The notes beneath the pieces are model-generated. The model was given only the letters and a program-made list of their open reading frames with translations, was not told where the DNA came from and did not search any database. Made by a program: the position numbers and the translations under genes. 64,000 nt of DNA, taken from positions 2,602-66,601 of IMG/VR virus record IMGVR_UViG_3300010965_000007; one strand, 5' to 3'. Source of the stretch: a virus (Duplodnaviria > Caudoviricetes). Each line of letters opens with the position of its first letter. Within the stretch, counting starts at the first letter, position 1. Positions 26,900 to 37,022 of this stretch are shown piece after piece.

Positions 26900-29025
26900 T
26901 AACCTAGTTCAGTTAATGTTGAGTCGTTTCTTTTATAAAAACCAATTGACTCAAGTATAATATAATGGGCTTTCATTAAATCTAAAACAACGCGCTTTGT
27001 ATCTAGAACAGATTTAAATTCTTCAATTAATCCATTTCCTTTAATAAAGTCAACTGATATATAAAAAGTAGGTAAAGACACTTTGTTAAATTTAATGCAC
27101 CAATTTTTAGCTTTTTCAGCTACTGAAGCATCTTTCATGCTTAAAAACCAATTAGCTAATGCCGTTTTATTAATAATGTTTGTTGGCAATTTGATAACGG
27201 AATAAGGAGGAGGGCTGATTAACCCATACTTTTCTTCAAATATTTCTCTCCAAAAATGATATGCTTGATATGGAGATTTTGTATCATCTAACTTGTAGGA
27301 AGCCCTGTCTTTAATTAAAGCTTTTCTGTAAAAAGTTAGTTCCCCATCAGTTAAAGATTTAACAATTTCTCTTTCTAATTCTGCTGTTTCTTTTAAAAAA
27401 TGTATTAATGATATTTTTTTTCCTCCCACAACAATTTTACTAATTTCTTCAATTAGCCTAGTTGCTTTTTTAATAATATCTCCTCCAGTAGAGGAATTTT
27501 TTAGATGGACTCCTTTAATTTCTAATTCTGGTTTTTCAAATACATTTCCTTCTTGAACAACCGTTAAAGCGTAATAATGTTTTGCTACATTTGTTGGGCA
27601 CATCATGGCCCATGTGAATTCATTTTTCATAGAAATTTCATGTAGGTAAGATCTTTTAACCCCCATGTTTGCAGAAAATATTGCAAGAGTGTGGGAAATA
27701 GTTTCTGCCGCTAATGTCATCACTCCAGCCGATATAGCCATAGAGCAATCATCAAAAATAATACTTCCTCTATACCACTGAATCCATTCCTGGTAGCTAG
27801 CACATGTTGAGTCTGTATCGCTTACAACCACAGACCTTCTAATCATATTTTTTAAATAAGCTAAACTAGGAGGTATAGATTTAGATAAAAAGAAGACTTT
27901 AATAAATAAACTATAATCTTCAAAAACTTTTCTAATATTTAATCCAGTTGCTACTAATGTATTTAATACTCCAGCGGCTTCTAATTTATCCAAATTATTT
28001 TTTTCAAGCCCTTTTATTTCATCATAGCAAATGTGGTATGCAAGATTTAACTCAATGTCTCTTAATTTTTTAATTTTTTCTTTAGGATTGTCAATTTGTT
28101 CTACTCTTTTTTCACTTAAAGAGGTTAGAAATTTTCTAATAAATTCTGAATTATGCTTTCTTAAATGCCATAAATCGCCGGTATAAACAAATGCCGCCTT
28201 TTGAATGGGAGTTAATTTTTTAACAAATAGTAATAATTTCTGTATTTCTAATTCATTTCTCCAATATAACAACGATGAACGAAGGACGCATTCTATTACA
28301 TCTTCTGAACTTATTGCAGCTAGCTGAAAAAACTCCATAGCTTCTTCAAGTTCAGCAAAATTTGCATTATCTATTATTGAAAGAATGTTATATAAAGCAA
28401 TGTCCGGCGACCAATAATGTCGGTTTCCTGCCACTAACCGTTCGTTGGTTACATTTCCTATGGAACTCACGGTGCGTGTAGTGCTAGTTAATGTAGAATG
28501 TCCTGTTGGATTATGTAAAACACACCCTTCTGTACAAAATGCTCCTGATACACTATTATTGCTGAGTTTCATATTTGTTTGTTCATTATTCTTTATAATG
28601 TATAAAGGAATATTTTTCTGAGCTTTATACATAAAAGCTTCTTTTTTTGCTTTTACACGTAAGTTTTTATTTCTTTCTACAAAATCGCTCATATGAGATC
28701 TAAGAATTTCCGGAGGTAAATAACAGGTAAAAGAGGGAGCAAGAATATAATTTCTATTATTAATATCTTTAATATACTGACTTAATCGAATATAAGATTT
28801 AATTCTATCTCCATTTTGCTGTCTTTCAAAATATACAACCACTGGATCTCGTGTTTCATTTATTTTATCAGTCTGCAATGTTTTTTTAATAAAATTTATG
28901 CAGTCATTAATATTATCCCCGGTCATAATGTGTAAATATAAAGCAGATTGGCGCAAATAATCGCTAATAGGATTAATTTGGCGCTGATAAAATGAATCAT
29001 CTCTAGAAAATAAAAATTCTGTCAT
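26896..29025 (-). CDS. Divergent family-B DNA polymerase (phiKZ gp50-like)
   Basis: 709 aa; motif B-like KLSNNSVSGA, motif C VSDTDS, and KHYY and KGVHL motifs. Confidence 0.88.
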   Translation of the reverse strand: MTEFLFSRDDSFYQRQINPISDYLRQSALYLHIMTGDNINDCINFIKKTLQTDKINETRDPVVVYFERQQNGDRIKSYIRLSQYIKDINNRNYILAPSFTCYLPPEILRSHMSDFVERNKNLRVKAKKEAFMYKAQKNIPLYIIKNNEQTNMKLSNNSVSGAFCTEGCVLHNPTGHSTLTSTTRTVSSIGNVTNERLVAGNRHYWSPDIALYNILSIIDNANFAELEEAMEFFQLAAISSEDVIECVLRSSLLYWRNELEIQKLLLFVKKLTPIQKAAFVYTGDLWHLRKHNSEFIRKFLTSLSEKRVEQIDNPKEKIKKLRDIELNLAYHICYDEIKGLEKNNLDKLEAAGVLNTLVATGLNIRKVFEDYSLFIKVFFLSKSIPPSLAYLKNMIRRSVVVSDTDSTCASYQEWIQWYRGSIIFDDCSMAISAGVMTLAAETISHTLAIFSANMGVKRSYLHEISMKNEFTWAMMCPTNVAKHYYALTVVQEGNVFEKPELEIKGVHLKNSSTGGDIIKKATRLIEEISKIVVGGKKISLIHFLKETAELEREIVKSLTDGELTFYRKALIKDRASYKLDDTKSPYQAYHFWREIFEEKYGLISPPPYSVIKLPTNIINKTALANWFLSMKDASVAEKAKNWCIKFNKVSLPTFYISVDFIKGNGLIEEFKSVLDTKRVVLDLMKAHYIILESIGFYKRNDSTLTELGY

Positions 29026-29444
29026 TTGTTTTCCTTATATTCTAAATAGCTTAATTCCCATACCAATGCACTATAACGAAATTTCACAATTCGCTTAAAT
29101 GATTCTTCTTTACAAATTTTCTCCCAAATACTTTCTACATGACTCAAAACTTCTTTAAATGGCCCCTGCATTCTATTTCCTATATCTTTTATTCCTTTAC
29201 CTGTGGATATCCATGAATCAAATGAATTAGGATAGTCTTCAAAAATTGTAATTTGCCCTCCTGGTATTTTAGCTTCTGCTCTTATTAACATCCTTTTTTC
29301 TTTATTTGTTTTTTTAGTATGTGGATTCTTAATACCCCCAGACTCTATTTTAGATTCGTCTTCATTATTAGATTTTAAAATCTTTAAAAGTTCTTTTCTA
29401 AAATTTTCAGAACACGGAATAAACTCTATTTCCTTAGTTTTCAT
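29022..29444 (-). CDS. Hypothetical protein
   Basis: 140 aa, coupled to the polymerase start. Confidence 0.6.
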   Translation of the reverse strand: MKTKEIEFIPCSENFRKELLKILKSNNEDESKIESGGIKNPHTKKTNKEKRMLIRAEAKIPGGQITIFEDYPNSFDSWISTGKGIKDIGNRMQGPFKEVLSHVESIWEKICKEESFKRIVKFRYSALVWELSYLEYKENK

Positions 29445-29454
29445 TTCTTTTTAC

Positions 29455-29853
29455 CTAATAAAGATAGTGGTTGGTGATTAATGAAAAACCAGCTCTTTGT
29501 AAGTCGTTTTTAAATATAACTAATTCATCAATTATTTTGTCTTCTGATTCTTTTTTCATAGCATCTATAGCTATGCAATAAGAATTCTCAAAGAAAGAAA
29601 TAAGTTGATTCCTATCTAATTTATTAGCAACCAGCCTGTTGCCTATTAGTCTGTGGCTTGTATCTGGATGTAATGTAAATATAGCTCCTTTGGTAAACAC
29701 AATTGACTTTATAGAACCTTCAAATAATAAATCTAATAAATGCTCGGATTTTATTAAAGACTCCTCGTGTGAAATGGCCTCGTAAGTTTTTAACTCAGTT
29801 ACTAATTCACGAAGAAAAGCATTTGTAGTTACTTCAAGAATTTTTTCAAACAC
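29455..29853 (-). CDS. Hypothetical protein
   Basis: 132 aa, GTG start. Confidence 0.6.
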   Translation of the reverse strand: MFEKILEVTTNAFLRELVTELKTYEAISHEESLIKSEHLLDLLFEGSIKSIVFTKGAIFTLHPDTSHRLIGNRLVANKLDRNQLISFFENSYCIAIDAMKKESEDKIIDELVIFKNDLQRAGFSLITNHYLY

Positions 29854-30010
29854 GCTGCACCTTTTAGATACATAATTCTAACCTTCATCTCTCATATTAA
29901 CTGCCTTTAGTTTAAAAAAATAATGTCATTGTTGCATGGCGGCTACGCCATGCAACAATGCCGTTAGATTTTTAGAAGTAAATATATATTGGCATTAGCA
30001 GTTTGTTTAA

Positions 30011-30286
30011 TTAATCTTTATTTTTTTTATCTGTTGCAAATGTTTCGGAAAATAATTTGTCAATATACTCATCGGCCTTTTCATTTATTTTAAGTCTTAA
30101 CCAAGACTCACTGATTGACACTGTCTCCACTTTAATTCTGTTTTTCGGTAAATTTTCAGTGTCTGCAATTCGGCATGTCGGAGTCAGATCTGTATTAACA
30201 ACTGGCTTATAGATTACCGATTTTGAATCAGTGTTGAACTCGGAATTCAGCATGGCCTGGACTAGATCAGAAATTGTTGTTGCCAT
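30011..30286 (-). CDS. Hypothetical protein
   Basis: 91 aa; followed by a hairpin at about 29927-29960. Confidence 0.6.
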   Translation of the reverse strand: MATTISDLVQAMLNSEFNTDSKSVIYKPVVNTDLTPTCRIADTENLPKNRIKVETVSISESWLRLKINEKADEYIDKLFSETFATDKKNKD

Positions 30287-30366
30287 TTTCGATGCTCTTG
30301 GTTGGTAGTTAAAAACACGGGTTGTTTGTTGTTTATGATTTTATTTATGTAAAAATTTATTGTAAA

Positions 30367-31377
30367 TTAATCAGATCTGTATTCTATAATAGCTGAGTAA
30401 GATTCTTCCAAAATAATTTCATTTATTACGTAGTCATATGCAATTATGATTATTGAATTGTACCATTCTGAACTAAAAGACATAACACAATATTCTAAAT
30501 TGTAATTAGAAAATTCTTTTGGGATTATATTAAATTTTGGTTTTTCTTTTAAAAGGAAAGGGCTAACAGTTGTTGATTTTACCCAGGTATTAGATTCTAA
30601 TTCTGAATCGTAGAAGTAATTGTAAATCAATATACTAGGTTTATCATTTATACAAGATTTGCAACAAATAGTGATTTCTACTCCAGATTTATCAAATAAA
30701 ATGCAAAAAATATCTTTATACCAACGACTTTCAATAAAAATAGTTTCTGGTTTTTTTCCTTTTTCACAATACGCAAGCTTTATATTTTCACCTATTTGAT
30801 AACTAAAAACAATGCTTTCTCCGTTTTTATCAATTGAGATCATTTTTCCTATGCTATTTATAGATTTTATTTCTTCCAAATTTTTATCACTAAAAAGTTC
30901 TTTTTTTGTTAATTCATAAGACGGAGGTGTAATTGAACCATCTATGCAAAATGCATTTTTATAAACAAAGATTGCTCCAGAATTTTGTTCATGCGATGGG
31001 TTGGAAATGAATAATAAAGAACCATCGGAATTTAATGCTAATGAGTATCCAAATAGCGAATTTTCATTGGATGCCGAAGGACAATATAGTATTCTAATTG
31101 GGCTCCACTTGCTATCTCTGTTTAAAAATAGCAATACTGTATTTTTATGAATTAATTTACTACGTTTTTCAGGTCTCAAAGCTATTGCGGCAAAAAGATT
31201 ATTTTCTGAAATAGCAATTTTAAATAAATTATGGCTTCTTGTCAAGCTTTTAATTCTGGCAGAATCTAAATAAAAATCTTTTTTACTGTTAATTTCATTT
31301 CTTGATTCAATTGCTTTATTAAAATACTCTGTTAATTGTTTTAATTCATCGTCATAAGTAACATTATTTTCTATCAT
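30367..31377 (-). CDS. FG-GAP-like beta-propeller protein (degenerate), paralog of 31451-32302
   Basis: LFGYSLALNSDGSLLFISNP...GAIFVY blade; shares IAIS..LA..L.P.K.S...H.NTVLLF with its neighbour. Confidence 0.7.
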   Translation of the reverse strand: MIENNVTYDDELKQLTEYFNKAIESRNEINSKKDFYLDSARIKSLTRSHNLFKIAISENNLFAAIALRPEKRSKLIHKNTVLLFLNRDSKWSPIRILYCPSASNENSLFGYSLALNSDGSLLFISNPSHEQNSGAIFVYKNAFCIDGSITPPSYELTKKELFSDKNLEEIKSINSIGKMISIDKNGESIVFSYQIGENIKLAYCEKGKKPETIFIESRWYKDIFCILFDKSGVEITICCKSCINDKPSILIYNYFYDSELESNTWVKSTTVSPFLLKEKPKFNIIPKEFSNYNLEYCVMSFSSEWYNSIIIIAYDYVINEIILEESYSAIIEYRSD

Positions 31378-31450
31378 TTTTAAATTTGCCTCTAACCAAA
31401 AACCTTTAAAAAGAATTATTTAAAATCTGTTTTTATTAAATGCATTAGTA

Positions 31451-32302
31451 TTATAAAGCATCAGGTATTTTTTCAATTAAGATAGTTTTTTTTATTCTCC
31501 AAATTTTAGAATCTAATTCTCTTTCTTGTTTGTAGATTAAAATAATCAAATTATCACTTAAGGCAGAATGGCAACTGATAGCTAAATATTCTTCATCTGA
31601 AATAAAAGAAATTTCAAAAATTTTACAATATAATTTATAATTAATAAAAATAGGTTTCCATAAATTATTTAATTCACAATAAACAATTCTTTCAACTCCT
31701 TCAATATTGCAACTGGCGACCATTTTACTACCAGATTTATTTATGGTTAATAAATTTCCAAATTTACTTAATGAATAATTTGGATTTTGTAAGTTATCAG
31801 CCTCCCAAAAATAACTATTTAAATTATCCACTATTTGTTTTCCTGTTATTTTGTTAACAGGGTCTTTTACCGAACCTAATAAAAATTGATTTTCATATAC
31901 ATAAATACATCCTTTACCACCAAGGACTGATGGATCAGAAATAAATAAAATCGTCCCATCTGAATTTAATGCCAGCGCTTTTCCAAATTCTGGTTTTTCT
32001 ATAAAACAATCAAAAGGAGAATTGATTAGTCCAATGGCTTTCCAAAATGTTTCTTTTTTTACAAAAAGCAAAACTGTATTTTCATGCAAAATTCTGCTTT
32101 TTTTTCCAGGTTTTAATGAAATAGCTAAATGGCAATTACTGTCAGAAATAGCGAATGTGTAATAGGGATTTGAATTAGTAGCTATTTTTATATTTTCAGA
32201 ATTTAATTCAAACTTAAAACGCTTTTTTTCTTTAACAACCTTATCAAAAAACGCATTAAAGGCTTCTACTTCTTCTTCATACGTTTTGTAGATGTAGTTC
32301 AT
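31451..32302 (-). CDS. FG-GAP-like beta-propeller protein (degenerate), paralog of 30367-31377
   Basis: FGKALALNSDGTILFISDP...GCIYVY and FGNLLTINKSGSKMV blades. Confidence 0.7.
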   Translation of the reverse strand: MNYIYKTYEEEVEAFNAFFDKVVKEKKRFKFELNSENIKIATNSNPYYTFAISDSNCHLAISLKPGKKSRILHENTVLLFVKKETFWKAIGLINSPFDCFIEKPEFGKALALNSDGTILFISDPSVLGGKGCIYVYENQFLLGSVKDPVNKITGKQIVDNLNSYFWEADNLQNPNYSLSKFGNLLTINKSGSKMVASCNIEGVERIVYCELNNLWKPIFINYKLYCKIFEISFISDEEYLAISCHSALSDNLIILIYKQERELDSKIWRIKKTILIEKIPDAL

Positions 32303-32444
32303 AAACTCATTTTCTCTTAATAAGAAGTTTATTATCTTTCATATTAAGTATATGTGGTTATTTTTTTTATTATGCTAAAAAAAATATTTAAATAGCTTCC
32401 AAATTAATGGAAGCTATTTAAATAAAATGCGACGTTGTTTCTAG

Positions 32445-32834
32445 CTAATCGTCAAAATAATCGTTGTTTTCTTTTCTGAGAAACTCTGCTTCTTTTTCTT
32501 CATTTTCATTGTACTTCGAGAGACACGGCTTGCATATTTTGTAAACCGGCCCACTCATTCCTTCGTCCAAATCCCGATGCCAACGAAGTTCCCCTCCTTT
32601 ATGACACCAATCGCACATTCCCCTCATTGGTTCCTCGTTTTGTATTAATTCCTTTTCTTTTTTGTAACAATCTAAGCAATAGTAGTAATACTCGGCTCCG
32701 AATGAATCCGTGTCACCTTGTATTCTCCATTCGGCTTTTATTTCTGGGTGGTTCTCACAATGCTCAGTGCACGAGGCATTAAGACGGCGACAATCTCCAG
32801 GCAATCCGCTCATTTTGGCATCTCTCTCTGTCAA
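32445..32834 (-). CDS. Cys/His-rich probable Zn-binding protein
   Basis: CENHP, QGDTDSFG, CLDC, CDWC and CKPC motifs. Confidence 0.65.
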   Translation of the reverse strand: MTERDAKMSGLPGDCRRLNASCTEHCENHPEIKAEWRIQGDTDSFGAEYYYYCLDCYKKEKELIQNEEPMRGMCDWCHKGGELRWHRDLDEGMSGPVYKICKPCLSKYNENEEKEAEFLRKENNDYFDD

Positions 32835-32975
32835 TTAAAAAAATGGCATCTATAAAAATGCCGGCTGTCATTAAATATATATGTAACTATTATTTAATGG
32901 AAAAAATAATAAAAAAATTAGAACATGTTTATCTACGAGAGTGTCTCTAAAAACACTCTCGTAGATACTTTTACA

Positions 32976-33362
32976 TTACGCCAGCCCTTTTAAAATCTCG
33001 GTTAAATCCATGCAGAAGTATTCGAAGTTTGGGTTATCATCAAAATAATAGGGCTCCGGGTGAAAATCGTATTCCCGCATAAAGGCTCGTTTATTCAGGG
33101 CCTTTACATATTTGATAATTAGTTCTGGATCGCTATGCTCATAATAGATTATTTGCCAATTTCCTTTTTCTTTATTTCCAGATTGCCAGTGTGGCGATAA
33201 AACAAAACACCCAGGACTTCTGTTTTTTTTGAAAACTATTATTTCATACTGATTTCTTATAGATTTATATTTCCAATTTCTAAAAAATTCATCTCCTTCT
33301 GCACTATGGCCCGCCGGCGCAAATACATTATCGGTTCCCAAAAATAATTTGGAATCAGTCAT
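32976..33362 (-). CDS. Hypothetical protein, paralog of 33513-33890
   Basis: Shared D.VF....EG..F...WK...GCF.LSP...W...YYE...P.YF pattern. Confidence 0.7.
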   Translation of the reverse strand: MTDSKLFLGTDNVFAPAGHSAEGDEFFRNWKYKSIRNQYEIIVFKKNRSPGCFVLSPHWQSGNKEKGNWQIIYYEHSDPELIIKYVKALNKRAFMREYDFHPEPYYFDDNPNFEYFCMDLTEILKGLA

Positions 33363-33434
33363 GTTTTTCTCCAGTCAGATTGAGACACTTTTACCGTTAT
33401 GATAAGGTTATGTCTATTTATTTATATGTGGCCA
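33360..33434 (-). repeat. Copy of a shared ~75-bp promoter + 5'UTR + RBS cassette
   Basis: Near-identical to 62560-62634 and 63868-63942; a more diverged copy is at 7509-7583. Confidence 0.85.
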
Positions 33435-33512
33435 TTTTAAATAAAAAAATGAGTTAACGGCCGTTATTTGCATAACGGCCGTTTTATTTTTGATTTGTTT
33501 TATTTCCGATTA

Positions 33513-33890
33513 TTAAAACAATTTTTTAACTTCTTCTATTATGTCCAATATTTGCAGTATCTCCATATAAATATATCTGACATTGTCTTTTAAAATAAAA
33601 TACATTGGGTCAGGTTTCCAATTTTTTTCTATTTTATATTTGTCTTTATCAACTGCATTTTTAAAATCTAAAATTCGGCTAGGGGTGTCATCCTCGTAAT
33701 AAACAAACGCCCATTGAGACTTAATTTCTCCCAGTTTTGGGCTTAATAAAAAACACCCCTCTTCGTTATTTTGTTTTCCAATAATTAATGATTCGCTATC
33801 TGGTATTCTTATTATTTTCCATTTATTGGTAAATTGAATTCCTTCATTTGTTTCATTTTTTCCAAATACATCTTCATCAGAAATAATCAT
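33513..33890 (-). CDS. Hypothetical protein, paralog of 32976-33362
   Basis: Same shared pattern; own promoter motif at 33960 and terminator hairpin at about 33457-33484. Confidence 0.7.
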   Translation of the reverse strand: MIISDEDVFGKNETNEGIQFTNKWKIIRIPDSESLIIGKQNNEEGCFLLSPKLGEIKSQWAFVYYEDDTPSRILDFKNAVDKDKYKIEKNWKPDPMYFILKDNVRYIYMEILQILDIIEEVKKLF

Positions 33891-33986
33891 TTTCAGTACC
33901 TTATATTTTGATTATATTTAAACATTCTTACTATTGTAGTAAGATTATGTTACATTAAGTATATATAGTTATTCTTGAGTAAAATG

Positions 33987-34358
33987 TTAATTCAAACGAA
34001 CTAAATACCAATCAACCACGTGCTCTGGCGGCAACTTATTTTTTTCTTTTAATATTAAAACTGGCAATTCTTCAAATGTTTCAGTATCATTTTTATTATC
34101 TTTACGAATAATTCCAATTGCCATTTCTATTGCTATTTCGTTATTTTCTAAGGTAGTGATTTTAACCATTGTGGTTTGGATGACCGTAAAAGGAGTTCCT
34201 CCTTCGCAATCAAAAGGAACGGCTATTGTGGCTTTTCCAAAAACTTGTTTTTTTATTTCATCTGCATTACCAATTACCCCTTGGTCTTTCTCCTTAAATA
34301 GTTTTGTTACACAATCGGGAGGATCAAGATCAAAACCCGTTGCAATATAAATTCCCAT
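33987..34358 (-). CDS. Hypothetical protein
   Basis: Likely start MGIYIATG at 34358, immediately after the upstream stop. Confidence 0.6.
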   Translation of the reverse strand: MGIYIATGFDLDPPDCVTKLFKEKDQGVIGNADEIKKQVFGKATIAVPFDCEGGTPFTVIQTTMVKITTLENNEIAIEMAIGIIRKDNKNDTETFEELPVLILKEKNKLPPEHVVDWYLVRLN

Positions 34359-34359
34359 T

Positions 34360-34947
34360 TTACTTTTTCTCAGTGTTGTTAAAGGTTTGAACCCAGGTAT
34401 AAAAAGCGCAATTAGCTTCAATTTCGTGAGTTGCGAGTTGTGTTCTTAATATAAACTTTCTAACATTTCCATTAAATGCATTTATAGATACATTACTACT
34501 AGCGTAATTTATTAAAGAATTAATATAAGCAATGCACGGCATTAACGGCCCTCCATAACCGTCTTCTTCTGTTTTAATACTTCTATAAAACTTCTCCAAA
34601 AAAAATCTATCCAATTTTGAAAATATAATGCGTTCGTTTTTTTCTATAGTCATCCTTGCTTTGAAAAACGCCGGGTGTTTACATTCACTTTTTATAAAAG
34701 AATTGTTATCGCATCTTATAATGAGATTTATTTGATGCTGCTCTACTTCAAAAATTATTGAAAAATCTAAATGCAATAAAACTGAATCCCTCATTTCTTT
34801 TATTTGCTCAATTGTTACTAAAAATGGATATAAATTTACATGATCTTTAAAGTCTTTTGGTAGATTTTTTGAAAATGAATTGGCGTAATCTCTAATTCTT
34901 TTAATTTTAGCAGCATCTTTTGATTGGTCAAAACGTTTATTGTGCAT
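34360..34947 (-). CDS. Hypothetical protein, paralog of 9529-10152
   Basis: PCIAYI..L......NVRKFILRT....HEI similarity to the 9.5-kb gene. Confidence 0.65.
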   Translation of the reverse strand: MHNKRFDQSKDAAKIKRIRDYANSFSKNLPKDFKDHVNLYPFLVTIEQIKEMRDSVLLHLDFSIIFEVEQHQINLIIRCDNNSFIKSECKHPAFFKARMTIEKNERIIFSKLDRFFLEKFYRSIKTEEDGYGGPLMPCIAYINSLINYASSNVSINAFNGNVRKFILRTQLATHEIEANCAFYTWVQTFNNTEKK

Positions 34948-34995
34948 TAATATTAAAAATGTTTATAATTAGAAGTTTGCTGAATCGTTATTTTT

Positions 34996-35424
34996 TTAAT
35001 AGGAAATAAGGTGATGTCTTTGTGGCTCTTCTTTACATAACGAATCTTCATATCTGCCCCATAATGCCAACGCAGCCAAAAAAGACTTTTCTAAATAAAT
35101 TTCTCCTTGTTTTGTTAATTTATACATTCTTCTGCGAGGCCCAGTATGATTTTGAAACATTTCTTTTTCTGAAGTCAAAAGACCAATTCTTTCTAACTTT
35201 TTTGTAATTGCCCAAACATTATAAAGTACCTTTGAGGTTCCTCTAACTTCATTAAGCCAGTTTTGGATCATAGAGCTATGGGCTTCTTCTTTAAGTATTT
35301 TAACAGCTACAAGAATTTCTTGCTCTGTTACATTAATATCAAACGATAACGCATGAAAGTTCATGTAGTTCTCTTTTAAATAGCTGTATAATTGCATAGA
35401 ATGCTTTTTAGGCGACTTTCGCAA
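34996..35424 (-). CDS. PadR-like winged-helix regulator
   Basis: LY...TKKLERIGLLTSE...GPRRRMYKLTKQGEIYL is the PadR wing motif. Confidence 0.75.
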   Translation of the reverse strand: MRKSPKKHSMQLYSYLKENYMNFHALSFDINVTEQEILVAVKILKEEAHSSMIQNWLNEVRGTSKVLYNVWAITKKLERIGLLTSEKEMFQNHTGPRRRMYKLTKQGEIYLEKSFLAALALWGRYEDSLCKEEPQRHHLISY

Positions 35425-35601
35425 TACTAAAGCATAATTAGATTAACACTTTACAAAAGCTGCTAGCGGTCTTCGTACGAGGTTTAACACCACAATCATA
35501 ATAAGTATATATAGCTATAAAAAAATCTAAAAAAAACATTTTTCAGTCCGGCCATCGTAGCCGGACTGAAGCCATTATGGCCAAACTGAAATAGTGCGAT
35601 T

Positions 35602-36147
35602 TTAGCCCTTAATCCTTTTTAAGGCCAATAACACCAACAGCGTTCCTAATCTGCATGCTATTATAGCAGTTGTAAATGCAGACCTTATTGCTATTTCAGG
35701 CCCAGTTATGGCCGCGGTGCATATTCCTATTGCAAAGTTATTCTTGGTTATATTTGCAATGAAGTCTAAAGATTGACTGCTGTAGGTTTTAATGGACCAT
35801 ATTAAAAGTGTCGCCACAAGAAATACGATTGGCCATAAACCAACTTTTGAAGCTGCCACCGAATCGGCTTCGGCCTCGTTCAAGCAATCTCTGAATGGAT
35901 TAGAAGACGCCTTATGCCCAAGGGCTAAGTGGCCAACTTCGTGCCATAGCAACGCTCCTGTGAATGCGTTTCCTTTACCAAGAAGCTTTTTGTGCAGGAC
36001 GATTGCTTTGCTCCCATTCAATTCGCAGGCATACCCTCCGCCAGTTAACCTGAGGAATCGTTCATCTTCAGTTGTATAAACTGGAAATGGCGCATCGGCT
36101 TCCATTGCTTGGAGATCGTTTAGAAAGAAAATCGGTGAATTAGACAC
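35602..36147 (-). CDS. Zincin-like metallopeptidase domain protein with hydrophobic C-terminus
   Basis: LLWHEVGH (HExxH) plus a downstream EAEAD third-ligand motif. Confidence 0.7.
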   Translation of the reverse strand: MSNSPIFFLNDLQAMEADAPFPVYTTEDERFLRLTGGGYACELNGSKAIVLHKKLLGKGNAFTGALLWHEVGHLALGHKASSNPFRDCLNEAEADSVAASKVGLWPIVFLVATLLIWSIKTYSSQSLDFIANITKNNFAIGICTAAITGPEIAIRSAFTTAIIACRLGTLLVLLALKRIKG

Positions 36148-36298
36148 GGCGGCTCTCCGAGTTGATAGGTGAACTTCGACATTTTAACATCGAAGGATAG
36201 TAATTCAATTTTTTTATATGTGACTGTTTTTTTATTCAATAATTCTCAAAAAATTGAATTAGTTGCCCGCTCAGTGTTGTAACACTGAGCGGGCGGCG

Positions 36299-36895
36299 CT
36301 ATAGCTGATCAACCAATGTTCGTTGAATCGCAAGTTGTCTGCCATATACACGCACATATATTCCTGGGAAGCGAGCATAACCTCTTGATCCGTATTTTTC
36401 TTTTAAATAACGGATTGCGTCCCTTACAGCATCTTTATTATTTTTTCCAAGGGAAATATGATAATTTATAGAACGCACTAAAAGCTTTTGAATACTTCCG
36501 GGACGCTCTCTGTCCGCGGCCGACATTAGTTCTGATAAGGTCGACGAAAACTTGCCGACGTAAGTTGAACGATGTTCGCCACACGCCTTTGCAACAAATT
36601 CGCGTTCATAGATTGTTAATCTAGAAATGAACGGACACTCCGTAGTCATCACCCACTTATGCGCAAGTAAATGATGATTTTCACGTGACCAGGCGAATAA
36701 GTCATGAAAATAAGCCACGAGCATTATGTGCAGCGGTTCTTGATGCAAATCGAGCACTTCGTTTATTTCATTTCCTGTATCTTCAACATTACGAAAATGT
36801 TCAATGAGGTGAGAACTATCGTTTAATTCATAATTTCTTTTATATTTGATAATCAAATCATTACGAAGTGCCGCAATGTTTGTTGAGTGGCTCAT
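36299..36895 (-). CDS. HD-domain phosphohydrolase
   Basis: H..EH, AYFHDL, CGEHR and SAADR metal-ligand pattern. Confidence 0.8.
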   Translation of the reverse strand: MSHSTNIAALRNDLIIKYKRNYELNDSSHLIEHFRNVEDTGNEINEVLDLHQEPLHIMLVAYFHDLFAWSRENHHLLAHKWVMTTECPFISRLTIYEREFVAKACGEHRSTYVGKFSSTLSELMSAADRERPGSIQKLLVRSINYHISLGKNNKDAVRDAIRYLKEKYGSRGYARFPGIYVRVYGRQLAIQRTLVDQL

Positions 36896-37022
36896 GCCAA
36901 ATTCTCCAGCTTATTTAGAATATGTTATTATAAATATATGTGGTTATTATTTTTATATAAAATAATAAAAAAATAACTATTTGTACCGTGACCACCGAGT
37001 TATAGGTGGTCACGGTACAATC

